Shown: positions 25,024 to 42,531, counted from the first letter of the stretch. The stretch is DNA of 64,000 nt from Salpingoeca rosetta (GCA_033442325.1 JAWQFM010000006.1:377628-441627); one strand, 5' to 3'. Numbers and translations: made by a program. The notes: generated from the letters alone by a model not told the origin.

Positions 25024-27924
25024 ATGGGTAACGTTTGCGCCACGTCCAACGCCACGGCAACCAAGACGGCTGCCTCTGAGAAGCCAAAGCAGGCCCCCGC
25101 AGAGCCAAAGGAGGTCGCCAAGCCAAGCGCAGCCCCTGCTGCCAAGAAGGAAGAAGCCAAGCCCGCCGCAGCTGAGCAGCCCAACAAGAACGACCCCGTT
25201 CTTGAGCCCGGCAAGGTCTACGACGCTGTCGGTACGTGTGTGTGTGTACCTGTTTGTTTCCTCTGTGTGTGTGTGTTTGTGTTCGCTATCATGCAAGAAT
25301 TCCAGCGAATGGCACAAGCATATGCACGCTGCTACTCTCGCCTCAGGCATGCACCCCCACTCCTCCTCAACTTCCCTCGCGCTCCTTCAACCCTCAACGC
25401 ACACTCACTCGCATGCACATCCGCACGTACGCACTCGTGCATTGCAGATGCCGAGCTTGTTCGCCACTTGCTCTTTGATGGCCATGACCAGTTCCAAGCC
25501 ATGGCAAACGCCTGCAATGATCTGGAGACCATGAACGTACGCGCTTCTGCCGCATGTCGTTTTGCTTGATTGGTTGAGACCCGCCTTGTGTCAACGGCAC
25601 TTTGCTTGCTTTGACGTTGTGGCTGCGCCCTGTTCGCCTGGCTGACCCACATGGCCTTGGGTTCACCGACTTGCCGTTGCTTTGATTGTTTGCAGAGCTG
25701 CTGGCTTCAACTTGACCAGAACAACAACGGCATTGTGTCGCTCTCGGAGATTAAGAAGTTTGTTCAGGGCCAAGGCTGGGACGTCTCCGACCCGGCGCTG
25801 ATGCAGGCGTACAAGTATGCGACGGCCCGTGGCGATGACTTTGTGCAGCGCAAGGAGTTCCCCCGCCTTGTCCGCGGCATGATCTACATGAACCGCCTCT
25901 GGGACCTCTTTGATGAGATTGACTCCTCCGACGACCGCAGGTGTGTTTGCATGTGTTTGCGTGTGTTTGCACGTGTTTGCACGTGTTTGCATGTGTGTGT
26001 GTGTGTGTGTGTGTGTTTGCGTATGTGTGTGTGGTTGCGTGTGAGTTTGTTGTTTGGTTTCAAGTGTGTCTGGGTGAACAGACGCTGACTGGTCTCATTC
26101 TGTTCCCCCTTCCCCCACCTCTCCCACCACACATCCCAGGATTGATCTTGCTGAGTTCAAGGCTGCGTTTGAGAAGCTCAAGTATCCGCTGACAGATGAG
26201 GCGGCTGCCAAGGCCTTTGACGACCTCGACAAGGTGCGACCCAGACGCTGTGTGTGCTGTGTTGTGTGTGTGTGTGCTTTTGTGTGTGTATAGTTTGCGT
26301 GTGCTTGTGTGCGTGTAGTTTGCGTGTACTTGTGTGGGTTGCTGGTGCTTGGTCATGTGATGTCTTCCTCTTGTGATGTCTTCCTCTCCGCTTCCCTCAC
26401 CGTAACTCTCATTCCCCCCCCCCCCGCAAACCAAACGACCATGACATCTCCACACAGAACGACGGCGGGATGGTTCTGTTTGGCGAGTTCTGCCGCTACA
26501 TGGCCAAGTTGGTCAGCCCAAAGACGATTGAGTTTGGCGACGATGACGGCAACAGCGCCCCTGCCCCCGCCCCTGCCCCCGCTGAGGAGGAGAAGAAGGA
26601 GGATAAGAAGGAAGAGAAGAAGGAGGATAAGAAGGAGGATGAGAAGCCAGCACCCTACGAGTCTGTTGGTGAGTGAACAGTTCCTCCTTGAACCGCACTT
26701 GCGACTGCGCTACACGGTTTGGGGCTGGTAGTTTGTGATACACCTCTAGTGTGGCCAATAGGTGGTTCACACCTGACCAGCGTACCTTCCAATACCGCAC
26801 CTCACACCACCCCATCACCATCACCATCACTGTCATGTTCGCTCCAACCTCAGACGCGGCACTCGTGCGCCAGCTGCTTGTGGAGGATGATGACGACCTC
26901 AAGACGATGGTCGACAACCTCGAGAACAAGGAGACACTCAAGGTTGGTACCCCCTTGCTTGCATGTGCGACTGATGTCGAGATGCATGTCTGAACGCTGT
27001 CCAGGCTGTTGTGGTGCATGACGTCCAATCCATGTCATGCCAGCTTGCCTCTAGCTTTGAGCGCTTTTCTTTCTGTCCTTCTTGCATGCTAATCAACACA
27101 ACACGTTTCGATGTCGTGATTGCAGGAGTGGTGGGGACACCTGGACCACAACAACAACGGCATTGTGTCGTTGGCCGAAATTAAGAAGTTTGTGCAGGAC
27201 AAGAACTGGAAGGTGGCTGATCCGGCGCTGATGCAGGCGTACAAGTATGCGACGGCCCGTGGCGATGACTTTGTGCAGCGCAAGGAGTTCCCCCGCCTTG
27301 TCCGCGGCATGATCTACATGAACCGCCTCTGGGACCTCTTTGATGAGATTGACTCCTCAGACGACCGCAGGTGTGTTTGCATGTGTTTGCACGTGTTTGC
27401 ATGTGTGTGTGTGTTTGTGTATGTGTGTGTGGTTGCGTGTGAGTTTGTTGTTTGGTTTCAAGTGTGTCTGGGTGAACAGACGCTGACTGGTCTCATTCTG
27501 TTCCCCCTTCCCCCGCCTATCCCACCATACATCCCAGGATTGATCTTGCCGAGTTCAAGGCTGCGTTTGAGAAGCTCAAGTATCCGCTGACAGACGAGGC
27601 GGCTGCCAAGGCCTTTGACGACCTCGACAAGGTGCGACCCAGACGCTGTGTGCTGTGTGTGTGTGTGTGTGTGTGTGCTTGTGTGCGTGCAGTTTGCGTG
27701 TGCTCGTGTGGGGTGCTGGTGCTTGGTCATGTGATGTCTTCCTCTCCGCTTCCCTCACCCTAACTCTCATCCCCCCCCCCCGCAAACCAAACGACCATGA
27801 CATCTCCACACAGAACGACGGCGGGATGGTTCTGTTTGGCGAGTTCTGCCGCTACATGGCCAAGCTCATCAGCCCAAAGGCCGTCGACTTTGACGACGAC
27901 GAGGAAGAGGAGAAGAAGGAGTGA
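25024..27924 (+). CDS. Flagellar calcium-binding protein (calflagin/FCaBP-like) with two tandem EF-hand modules, 9 exons
   Basis: N-terminal MGNVC (myristoylation/palmitoylation pattern). EF loops DQNNNGIVSLSE, DSSDDRRIDLAE and DKNDGGMVLFGE occur in each of two modules. AATAAA at 28417. Confidence 0.8.
25787..27865 (+). repeat. Internal duplication (about 25787-26510 vs about 27217-27865) including two near-identical introns
   Basis: The same exon and intron text appears twice, e.g. ...gtggttgcgtgtgagtttgttgtttggtttcaagtgtgtctgggtgaacagacgctgactggtctcattctg... Confidence 0.95.
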
Positions 27925-27966
27925 ACCGGATAAAGGCTCCACTTGACCGGATAAAGGCTCCACTTG
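27925..27966 (+). repeat. 21-bp tandem repeat x2 directly after the stop codon
   Basis: accggataaaggctccacttg occurs twice. Confidence 0.9.
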
Positions 27967-28493
27967 TCCCGCCTCTTCGCCGCAGATCTCACCCGTGCCT
28001 CATTTAGCGCGCGTGCCACTACTCTCCCGCCCTCCCCCCCCCCCCCCATGACAACAACAACAACAAACAGCAAACAACAAACAACAAACCACTCACTGGC
28101 TCCATCCTTTTTGGTTGGCTTGCCCATCATCACGCCACCTGTTGTGTGTGCGCCTGCTTCCAATCTTTGCCTGTATGCGCCAGCCGTATTGCGTTTCCCT
28201 ATCATTGACCCCAACAACCCACGTGTCTGCTGCACGCGTGTGTGTGTGTCTGCCGCTGCGCTGTTTCGTGTGTTTTGACTTCTGTTGACCACATCACTTC
28301 ACGCCCGCCCTCCCCCACACCCGTTTCTGTGGTTCTGCCTGTGCTGTTGTGCTCAGTTGTACGTGCGTGTGTGATTTTCTGGCCTCTTTCGACAATCGCC
28401 TGCAATGAGTGACAATAATAAAACGCCAACCTGCCAGTCAGTCAACGCAGCAACAAGCAACAAGCAAGCAGGCAGCGTGGGGCTTCCAATCTA

Positions 28494-30760
<2,267 letters not shown>

Positions 30761-31084
30761 GGCTTCACTTTCGCTTTGCTTTTTGCTTTGGTTGTCCTCC
30801 TCGCACAGTCGTGTGTGTTGAATGGCTTTTTGCCAAACGTTGGCGGTGGCAAATTGTTGGCAAAATGAAAATTGCATGAAGGTATAAACAAATCCTCCCT
30901 TTCAGTCACTCACGATTTTTTTGCGTGGCACGTTGCAGTGTTGCTTCAGCTTGTGTTGTGTGCCGTGTGGCGTCTCCTCCTCCAGCCAGCCCATTCCCCC
31001 TTTTCCCTTTTTTCCCCCTTTCTTGTGTCGTGTGCCAAGAAGGAACGCAACAGGTATGCGCGGTGGTGGTGATGGTGTGTGTAT

Positions 31085-31190
31085 GTGTGTGCATGTGTGT
31101 GCATGTGTGTGCATGTGTGTGCATGTGTGTGCATGCGTGTGCATGTGTGTGCATGCGTGTGCATGTGTGTGCATGCGTGTGCATGTGTGT
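31085..31190 (+). repeat. (TGCATGTGTG)n decamer array, 10 copies
   Basis: TGCATG recurs every 10 nt from 31090 to 31180. Confidence 0.95.
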
Positions 31191-31793
31191 GTGTGTGTGT
31201 GTGGATGCATGTGATGAGGGGAATCCACCGTGAATCAACCGTGTGCACGACCCACTGGCGTCGTTGTCTGCTTCTTGCTTGCAACCCCATGTGCATCACA
31301 CGGCGCCATGCTCTGTTGAACAATGCACGCTGTTTTGTGCGTGTTCCAATCTACACACCACCATCTCACGTTTGTTGTGATCCATCGCATCGATTTCACG
31401 CAGTGGCAGGCAACGTCTCTACAACTCCCCTTGGTTTTTGGTCTTCGCATGTACGTTCCTTGCTGTGGTCGCTGTTGGGTTGGTTCATTCGTTTGTCCCG
31501 TGCGTGCATGCAACGAATGTGAACACTGTGCGTGTGTGGGTGTGTGGGTGTGTTTGGTGTAATAGTGCACCTTCACGGCGCAGCGACTCACATCACACAC
31601 ACACATACTCACGGCACTGCACTAACCCCTTCCAACCTTCACTCACCGCTTTCCACCCTTTCTCTTCACTCACCCAACATCCCCCTTCTCCACACACACA
31701 CACACACACACACATACACACACACACAGCCCGCTTCCCGTTTCGCCTTTGGACTGAGTGTTTTGTGCTGCCCGGACAACTTGTTCTGCCATC

Positions 31794-34700
31794 ATGAGCG
31801 ACCAGGTGAATGATATCCCCGTGCCAAGCGAGCCTGTGCAGGATCCCCTGCCACAGGAAGTTCCCGAGCCCGCCCCCATGACCTACGCCGAGGCCTTCCC
31901 CAGCCTCGGTGGCAGCAGCGCCGCCCCTGCTCGTCGTGCCCAGGGCCAGCGTCCTCGCATTCGCGCCGTCCAGCCTCGCAAGACAACCACCACCGCGGTA
32001 TGCGCAAGTGTGTGCGTTTGGGGGGTGTGTGTGCACGTGTCTGCATGTGTCTGCATGTGTGTGGGGGTGCGCGCGTTAAGTTGCTGAGCTGCCACTCAGC
32101 ATCTATCGCGCGTGCTTTCTATCCCACTGTGAGACGTAGTCGAGTGTCATCTTCTGCCGTGCCACAGGCATCACATCATGTCATCACACACCATGTCACC
32201 ACACACCCTCACCTTTGCCTCTTGCCTCACTGTTTTGCTTCACATCAATTACAACTGCCACACCTCCTCTCCTTCCTCTCTTTTCTCCCTTTCTTCCTCT
32301 CTCCCAATCCCCCCCCCACCCAAAAACCATTATCCTCCTCACTCAGGTTGTTGAGATCCCGAAGGAGGAGCAGCGCTTCTCTGCCACGGAGAAGAGCCGT
32401 GGCGGCAGCCGCAACCGCGTCGAGCGCTTCGTCTCTGAGATTGCCGTCAAGCACCGCGTGCAGATCAAGCAGCACGTCAACCGCGCCGGCTCGCTCGTTG
32501 TTCGCATCGAGGGCAAGCCCGACGCCGTGGTTGAGGCCAAGAAGCAGGTGCTCTCGCGCCTGCAGACCCAGGCCAGCATCGAGATTGACATTCCCAAGGA
32601 GCACCACCGCTACATCATCGGCCCGGAAGGATCCAACCTCAAGGCGCTCTCTGCCAAGTACGCCGTGCGCGTCTTCATGCCCAAGAACAATGAGGCCTCG
32701 CAGACGATCAAGATTGTTGGCACCGCCGTGAACTGCCGCAAGGCTGCCCAGGACATCCAGCACATCTCCTTTGAGCGCGCCAAGACGGACCACCGCAAGC
32801 TGCAAATCTCCAAGGCCTACCACCCGCTGGTCGCCGGCCCCGGCAACGCCACCATCAAGCGCATCATGGAGCAGACGGGCGTCAAGATCCACGTGCCCCC
32901 GCCGGCCGTGGAGAAGGACGAGGTGACGGTGACCGGCGAGCGCGCCGCCGTGGCCCGCGCCTGCGACGAGCTCATGCAGATCTACAACGACAAGCGCGAG
33001 TCGTGCGGCGAGCTCACGGCCGAGATCCCGCGCACGCAGCACCGCTTCCTCATTGGGCCCAAGGGCGCCAACCTGCGCGAGATCAACGAGAAGACGGGCG
33101 TCGTGGTGGAGGTGCCCCACCCGGACAAGGACGACAACACCATCATCCTGCGCGGCGAGCGCGCCAACCTGGTGCAGGCCCTCACCCTCGTGTACGAGTT
33201 TGCCAACAAGATTGTGGTGAAGAAGCTCTCCGTGCCGCAGTGGCTGCACAAGCACGTGCTGGGCAAGAAGGGCGAGAACGCGCGCAAGCTGCGCGAGGAG
33301 CGGCCCAAGGTGCACATCCAGTTTCCAAAGGAGGGCGACGAGATTGAGATTGAGGGTCCCCCCGAGGACGTCGATGTGGTCCGGGACAGCCTGCGCGCGC
33401 TCGCCGATGAGCTGCAGCGTACCCTGACCTTTTCCGACGTCCGCGTGGAGCCCAAGTACCACCCGTACATCATTGGCCAGAGCGGCTCGACCATCAACGA
33501 GATTCGCGCCAAGAGCGGCGCCACCATCGACATTCCCGCCAACAACTCGGGCTCCGACCGCGTGCGCGTGGAGGGCACGCCCGAGGCCGTGGCCAAGGCT
33601 GTCTCCCTCGTCAGCGACATGGCCACCAAGCTGCGCAACCAGAAGACGGACAAGGTCAGCGTGCCCAGCAACCTGCACTCGCAGATTATCGGCGCCGGCG
33701 GCGACGGCCTGCGCAAGCTGCTGCAGGGCTACGACTCTGTGTCGCTCAACTTCCCCGACCGCGGCTCGGACTCTGAGGAGATTCTCATCCGCGGCGACAA
33801 GAAGCAGGTGGACGCCGTGATTGCCGCCATCAAGGAGCGCGTGCGTGACATTGAGGCCAGCAACTACTCGGACACGGTGCACGTCTTCCGCAAGTTCCAC
33901 CCGGACATTATCGGCAAGGGCGGCGAGACGATCAACCGCATCCGCAACGAGACCAACACGCGCATCAACGTGCCGGCTGCCGAGGAGGAGAACGACTACA
34001 TCACCATTGTCGGCTACAAGCAGGACGTGGAGAAGGCCAAGCAGGCCATCCTCGACATCCAGCAGAAGGTGGGCAAGATTGTGACGGAGACGATGGAGGT
34101 TGACTCCAAGTACCACCCCACAATCCGCGGCACCCAGAACCGCATCCAGCAGAGCCTGGAGTCTGAGCTGAGCGTGCAGATTACCGTGCCCATGGCCAAG
34201 GAGAAGAGCAACACCGTCACCATCCGCGGCCCCTCGGAGTCTGTTGCCGAGGCCAAGAAGGCGATTCAGCGCCTGGCCTGCGACGAGGCCCTCAACAGCA
34301 CCACGCTCGAGTTCACCGCCCCGCACAAGTACCACCGCCACCTCATCGGCCAGCGCAGCGCCACCCTGAAGCGCCTGGTGGAGGAGTCTGGTGTCATCCG
34401 CCTCGTGTTCCCGCCAGCCCGCGCCAAGAAGGACAAGGACCTCGTGCTTGCCATCGGCTCCAAGGACGCCTGCGAGAAGGCCAAGCAGCTCGTGCACGAC
34501 CGCGTGCAGGAGCTCGAGAAGGTCGTCACGGAGGTTGTCATCATCGACCCCAAGTTCTACTCCGCCCTTCGTTCCCGCCAGGTTCGAAATCAACTCTTGA
34601 TGTGCTGTGCTGTGGTGTGAGGTCGTATGCGTGTGTCAGGAGGTGTGTGTGTGAATGTGAATGTGAATGTGTGAATGTGTGCGTACGAAGGAGTGTTGCT

Positions 34701-36427
34701 GCGTGCTGCTGCTTCTGCTGCTCCTTGTGACAATTCCGGTTGACGTTGCTCCCTGCGTCTGCGATGCCCCCTTTTGTTTTGTTTTTTGACGTTTCCATCT
34801 GTGCAGTTTTCCCGCCATCTTGGCGAGTCGAACAACGTGTCCATCCGCTTCCCGCGCAACGCCGAGGATGCCGAGGTTGTTGACGACAAGGTTGTCGTGC
34901 GCGGCCCCCGCGAGGGCGTTGCCACCGCCATTGAGAAGCTCAAGGCCCGCGTCGACGAGCTGGTACGTTGATTATGCTGGTTGCCATCTGGGTGTCACTG
35001 TTTGTAGTAGTTCATATCTGCCATTTTGCAAGCAGTATTGTGCTGCTTTCGGTTGGTTTGTATCTGTTCCCGGCTCTCCACCCTTATTCTTTTTTTCTCA
35101 CACGCGTACACGCACGCTGCCTCGCACTGCCTCCCCTTTCCTCCTTCGCACACACTCGCACACACAACTTCTCTATCCCCGTCACTCACCCTGCTTTTCA
35201 TCCATCTCGTCACTGATTTTGACGGCAACACCCACAGGAGCGCAGCGTGACCAAAGAGATGCCTGTGAAGCCGAGCAGCATCCCCAGCATCATGGGCTCT
35301 GGCGGCAGCAACGTGCAGAAGGTGTGCGCCGACTTTAGCGTGGACATTGACGTGCCGAGCCGCGAGGACCGCGACCAGGCTGAGGGCGAGGTGAACCTCA
35401 AGGTGACGGGCCTGCCCGAGAACTGCGACGCCGCGCTCGCTGCGCTGCAGGAGCTGGTGCCCATTGAGGAGGAGATTGAGGTCCCCCGCAACCTGCACCG
35501 CTTCATGATCATCGACAAGGAGAATGGCATCCGCGCCATCCAGGCCGAGCACAAGGCCCGCATCGACATTCCCCGCGCCGAGGAGGAGAGCGACAAGATT
35601 GTCATCCGCGGCCTTGCCCCACAGGTCGCCGCCGCCAAGGCTGCTCTCGAGGCTAACATGCAGATCTTCAAGGTCGGTACTTTGTTGTGCTCACACACGC
35701 GTTCACTGTGTCTTCATTGTATTGTCTTCGTTGTTCTTCGTTTGTGCATGTGCCCGCACACACACACACACACATGAGGGCTTGCATCCATGCTATCTCA
35801 CACACACACACACACGTGTGCATGCATACTTACACACCATCACACACACCCGCACACGCACTGGCTTTTGTTTTGTTTCTCTTGAATGGATGATCAGGAT
35901 GCGCTTCGCAAGACCTTCTCGATGACGATGGAGGTGCACCCCGAGTTCCACACGGATCTGATTGGCAAGCGTGGCGCCAACGTCAACGCCCTGCGCAAGA
36001 AGTTTGATGTGCGCATCGACTTCCCCCGCAAGGGCGGCAACACGGGCCTTGAGCCCAACGAGATTCGCCTCACGGGCTTTGAGGAGGACTGCAAGGCGTG
36101 CGCCGATGACATCACCGCCACCGTTGAGACGCTCAAGTCGCACGTGGTGAAGGAGATTGACATCCACCATGCTGTGCATGGCAAGATTATTGGCCCCCGC
36201 GGCTCCGGTGTGCGCAACCTGCAGGAAACGTATGGCGTGCGCATCAACTTCCCTGCCGATAAGTCGTCTGATGTTCTGACGGTGACTGGTCCCGAGGATA
36301 AGGTGGACGAGTGCATCGACCAGCTCTTCCTCGTCCAGGAGGAGAACGTAAGCAAGCAGCATGCTTGTTGTGTGACGTGGGGTGCGTGTGTTTGTTGTGT
36401 GTGCGTGTGTTTGTTGTGTGTGTTTGT

Positions 36428-36513
<86 letters not shown>

Positions 36514-37115
36514 ACCGTCGTTATGCCCGCACACACGTCAAAGTTCGCATTCTCACCCTCACCCGAATGTACGTTATGTGTCGTGCGCGACGGTTGTTGA
36601 CAACAGGAGGATCTGATTGAGGACTACCAGGATGTTGGCCGCCACGCCGCTCCTTCCCGCCCCAAGAAGCAGAACAAGCCCAAGGATCAGGCCTTCCAGG
36701 TGAGAACACACCACGCTGTCTTGCCGTCTTTCCCTCGTTTGTGTGGCGTGTTGCGGGATATCGGTTTGGTTGTCAAAATTTCCTTGTCTGTTCTGTTCGT
36801 TCGTTTGTTTGTTTGCGTATTCGTTGTGCTTTTTGTCTCCCCCACCCGGCAAACAAAACAACTGCACATATTTCATGTGTCACCCACAGCATGATCATGT
36901 CTGCCTCTCACACCACCTGGTTTCAACTTTTGTTTGTTTCTTCTTCGTCGTGTCTCTCCGCGCCTCCCCTCTCCTGTACCAATCAATCTCAGGTGCGCGA
37001 TGCGCCCTGGCAGGGGTCGTACCCGACACTTGAAGCCCAGCAGGCCCAGCAGCCGCCACAGCAGCACCCAACCGCACAGGGCCCCACCCTCATGGGCGCC
37101 TGGGCTCGCAAGTGA
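31794..37115 (+). CDS. HDLBP: Vigilin (multi-KH RNA-binding protein)
   Basis: N-terminal TYAEAFPSL and many KH repeats (HRYIIGPEG, HRFLIGPKG, HPDIIGKGG, HGKIIGPRG). C-terminal GFQVRDAPW. Strong C/G-ending codon bias. Confidence 0.95.
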
Positions 37116-37553
37116 TTTGCCTTGCACACCTGCTCGGCTCTTGTGTTTGAGCCTTAGCTTGTGTTGGTGATGTCTTCCCTTTGCGTTTCTGCCTGCGTTC
37201 CACTGTGGGAATGGTCTGACACACACACACACACATACACGCCCACTCCTGCGTCCTGTTCTGTCGTTTCGACCAATCAACCATCCCCCTTCCTCTCTCC
37301 CTCCCTTTTGCCATGCATGTGCTTCTTCTCCCTCGCACTCCCCTTTCTCCTTTGCAGTTGACATGTGTGCCAACACTGCCCACCCATGAGCCACTGGCTG
37401 TGCATGTGCGTGTAGTTGTGTGCGGTTTTGTCGCTGTGTTTCCCTCTTCACGTTGTGTGCTTGCTTGCGTGCTGCTGTAGTTCCTCCCCTGAACACACAA
37501 GCAAGTCTCAGAGAAACCAAGCCCAAGAATTGCATCCAAAGGGGAGAAAATTG

Positions 37554-37629
<76 letters not shown>

Positions 37630-37639
37630 GGATGAGAGC

Positions 37640-39618
<1,979 letters not shown>

Positions 39619-39974
39619 GTTGACTGTCCGCAACACCATGAAATGTGTGTTATTTTTAGCGCGCTGCCAGCCGGGAAATTCGAATTTTTCGCCCGCTTGC
39701 GCGTTCTGATGCCTGTTCCATCACAACCACACACCAAAGCCATCGTCGTTTGTTGTCTCTCCTCGGCTCAACATCCATCCATCGTCGAACCAAATATAGA
39801 CGGGTGTCAAGACAAAGTGAACACAAGAAGCAAGCGACGCCACAGCAGCGCACGGAAAGGCACGAGGTATGCTCAGTGGCTGGTGAGAAGGGGGATTTTT
39901 TTGTTAATTCAAAGATCGCAGTGCATGCACACGTTCATTTCTCCCTTTCCCTCCGTCTGATCTTCGGGATCCTG

Positions 39975-40081
<107 letters not shown>

Positions 40082-40222
40082 CCTTCGTTTGCACCGTCAC
40101 ACACTCATCTCAGCTCGCGCACACATACATACACACGCACACACACACAAACTTACTCGCAGACACACAAACACAAACACACTCAGCGCAGACACAGACA
40201 CATCCACACAAACGCAACAAAG

Positions 40223-42438
40223 ATGGGACAGGACTTGTCGCAGCTGCACGAAGTGGGCGCCATGCGCCAGGTTCTCGAGCGGTGCTCGTGGGAACAACGC
40301 TTCAAGCTGCTTTCGCTGAACAGGTCTTACCACGCACTCACGTTTGAGCAGGAAACGTGGCAAATCTTCTGCCACCTTCTGGAGACACAAGACTTTGTTC
40401 ACGTGCAGCGCAGGAAGGACGAGGACTGGCGCGACGCCTTCTTCCGACACCTTCCACTGCGCAAGCGGTGGCACGGCACAGCATCCCGCACTACGACGCC
40501 GGCCGACGAAGAGCGCCAGCGGCAACAAGACGAGGAGGCGGCAGCTCCACGCAACGCAGTTGATACAGACGTGCTTGGCGGCACGGGGATCGACAACGGC
40601 AGGGAGGAGAACACACCGGACCCAGCCGCCAGCCACTTCACCATCAACGTGTGCGCGCGGTTCCGCCCACTGCCCAAGCACGTGGACGCGGCTGTGGCAC
40701 GCGCGGCAACGAATGGGGATGGCGACACTGATGACGACGACGGCACTGACGCCGCGGCCGAAGAGGATGTGCATGGGGAGCGCGCAACACATGCTGTCGT
40801 GCCGCTGCACCAGCGCATCCGCATGATCCAGGCGCACTACGGCTGCTCCACCTCGGAGGCGCGCAAGCTGCTGTGGGCCGGCAAGGGTGACGTTAGCGCA
40901 TGGGACCCGTGGACAGATGCGCAGGCGCGCGCCCCGGCCCGCCGGCTTCCGCTCTCCGACATCAACGGCGACAGCAGCAGGAAGGAGCGAGCGAAATCCA
41001 AGTCGCAAGCACCAACAGCACAACAAGAGCAAGCCCCTGCGGTGGAGCAACGTGAAGGGCACAACGGCAAGGATGATGGCACTGATGGTGCACACAACAC
41101 CAGCGATTCGGCCGCTTGCACGTCGACAACCACCACAACGACTACGACCACGGCTACAACACCGGCGGCGTCATCGTCCTCGTCATCATCAACAAGTGCA
41201 GCGGACACTGCCACCACCACGGATGCAGCTGCCACTGATACGAGTGAGCCCAAGGCCCACGCGCTGCCAACAAGTGTGCGCACGGGGGTGCTCGCCATCC
41301 GACCCGACACGAACGACCTGGTGCTTTGCGCTGCTGGCGGCCTGCGGCACTTTGAGTTTGACAGCGTGCTCCCGGACACGTTCAACCAAGATGACCTGTA
41401 CGACCGGGCCGCGCGCTTGCAAGTCGGCCAGTTTCTCAATGGCGTCAACGCGTGTGTGCTCTGTTACGGCCAGACAGGCTCTGGAAAGACATACTCCATG
41501 TTTGGGCCGGACGACGTGACCAGCACAAAGCTGTCGCGTTTGTCGTCGCAGGCTGGCATTGCTCCACGTGCCATCACCGAGGTGGCCAACACGGTCATGA
41601 AGCGGCGCGAGCACGGCCTTGAGGTCTCCCTCAAGCTCACGTGCGTGGAGATTTTTGGCCAGGACATTACAGATCTGTTGCATGAGCGCTCTGTTGTCGG
41701 CGCGTGGCACGGTGTTGCTGCCCGCGCTGTGCTCAACAACGAGGCCGCAGAAGGTGTGTGGACGTACGTGTGTGTTTGCGTGTGTGTTTGTGCATGTTTG
41801 TGTGAGTTTGCGTGTTTACGTGTGTGTGTGTGTGTTGTGTGTAAAGTGCGTGTGTGTTTGTGCATGTTTGTGTGAGTTTGCGTGTTTACGTGTGTGTGTG
41901 TGAATCGTTTGAATGTGTGTGCATATGTGTGAATGGGTGAGATGTGAATGTGTGTTTGTGCGCACGTGCAATGTCATCGGCACAATAAGTCAATGGCGTT
42001 TCCGTGTTATCATTTGCATTTGTGCATGTGACCGCGGTGCGCAGCATCATCACAAGTGCACACGTTGACATGCGTTGCTCACATTGTGCTCACCATGATG
42101 GCCATTACCACCACCTCCACCTCCACCATCACCATCACCATCACCATCATCACTGCAATCACGCCCGACAGAGATTGTCGACCCGTATGAACTTGACGAG
42201 CTGCTTCTGCGTGCGGAGCGATCAAAGCGGCGAGCGGCAACGGCGATGAACGAGCGAAGCTCGCGTGCACACACTGTGTTCCTCCTCTCGCTTGACCAGC
42301 GCAACCCGCGCACGCACACGCGCCTCCAGAGTACGCTTTGTCTCGCTGATCTTGGTGGCTCCGAACAGCTGAAAAAGTCCAAGGTAGATGCCGGGTGCTG
42401 AGTATGCTGGGAGCGTGTGTGTGTGTGTGCGTGCGTGC

Positions 42439-42531
<93 letters not shown>

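Noticed and set aside
30826-30865. 9-bp inverted repeat TTTTGCCAA..TTGGCAAAA upstream of the SLC35A gene
   Set aside because: Too short for a transposon end, with no target-site duplication or transposase. It may be a promoter element but this cannot be supported.
32245-34593. 782-aa antisense ORF
   Set aside because: It is a shadow of the GC3-biased vigilin exon, whose codon bias removes antisense stops. It has no recognisable motifs.
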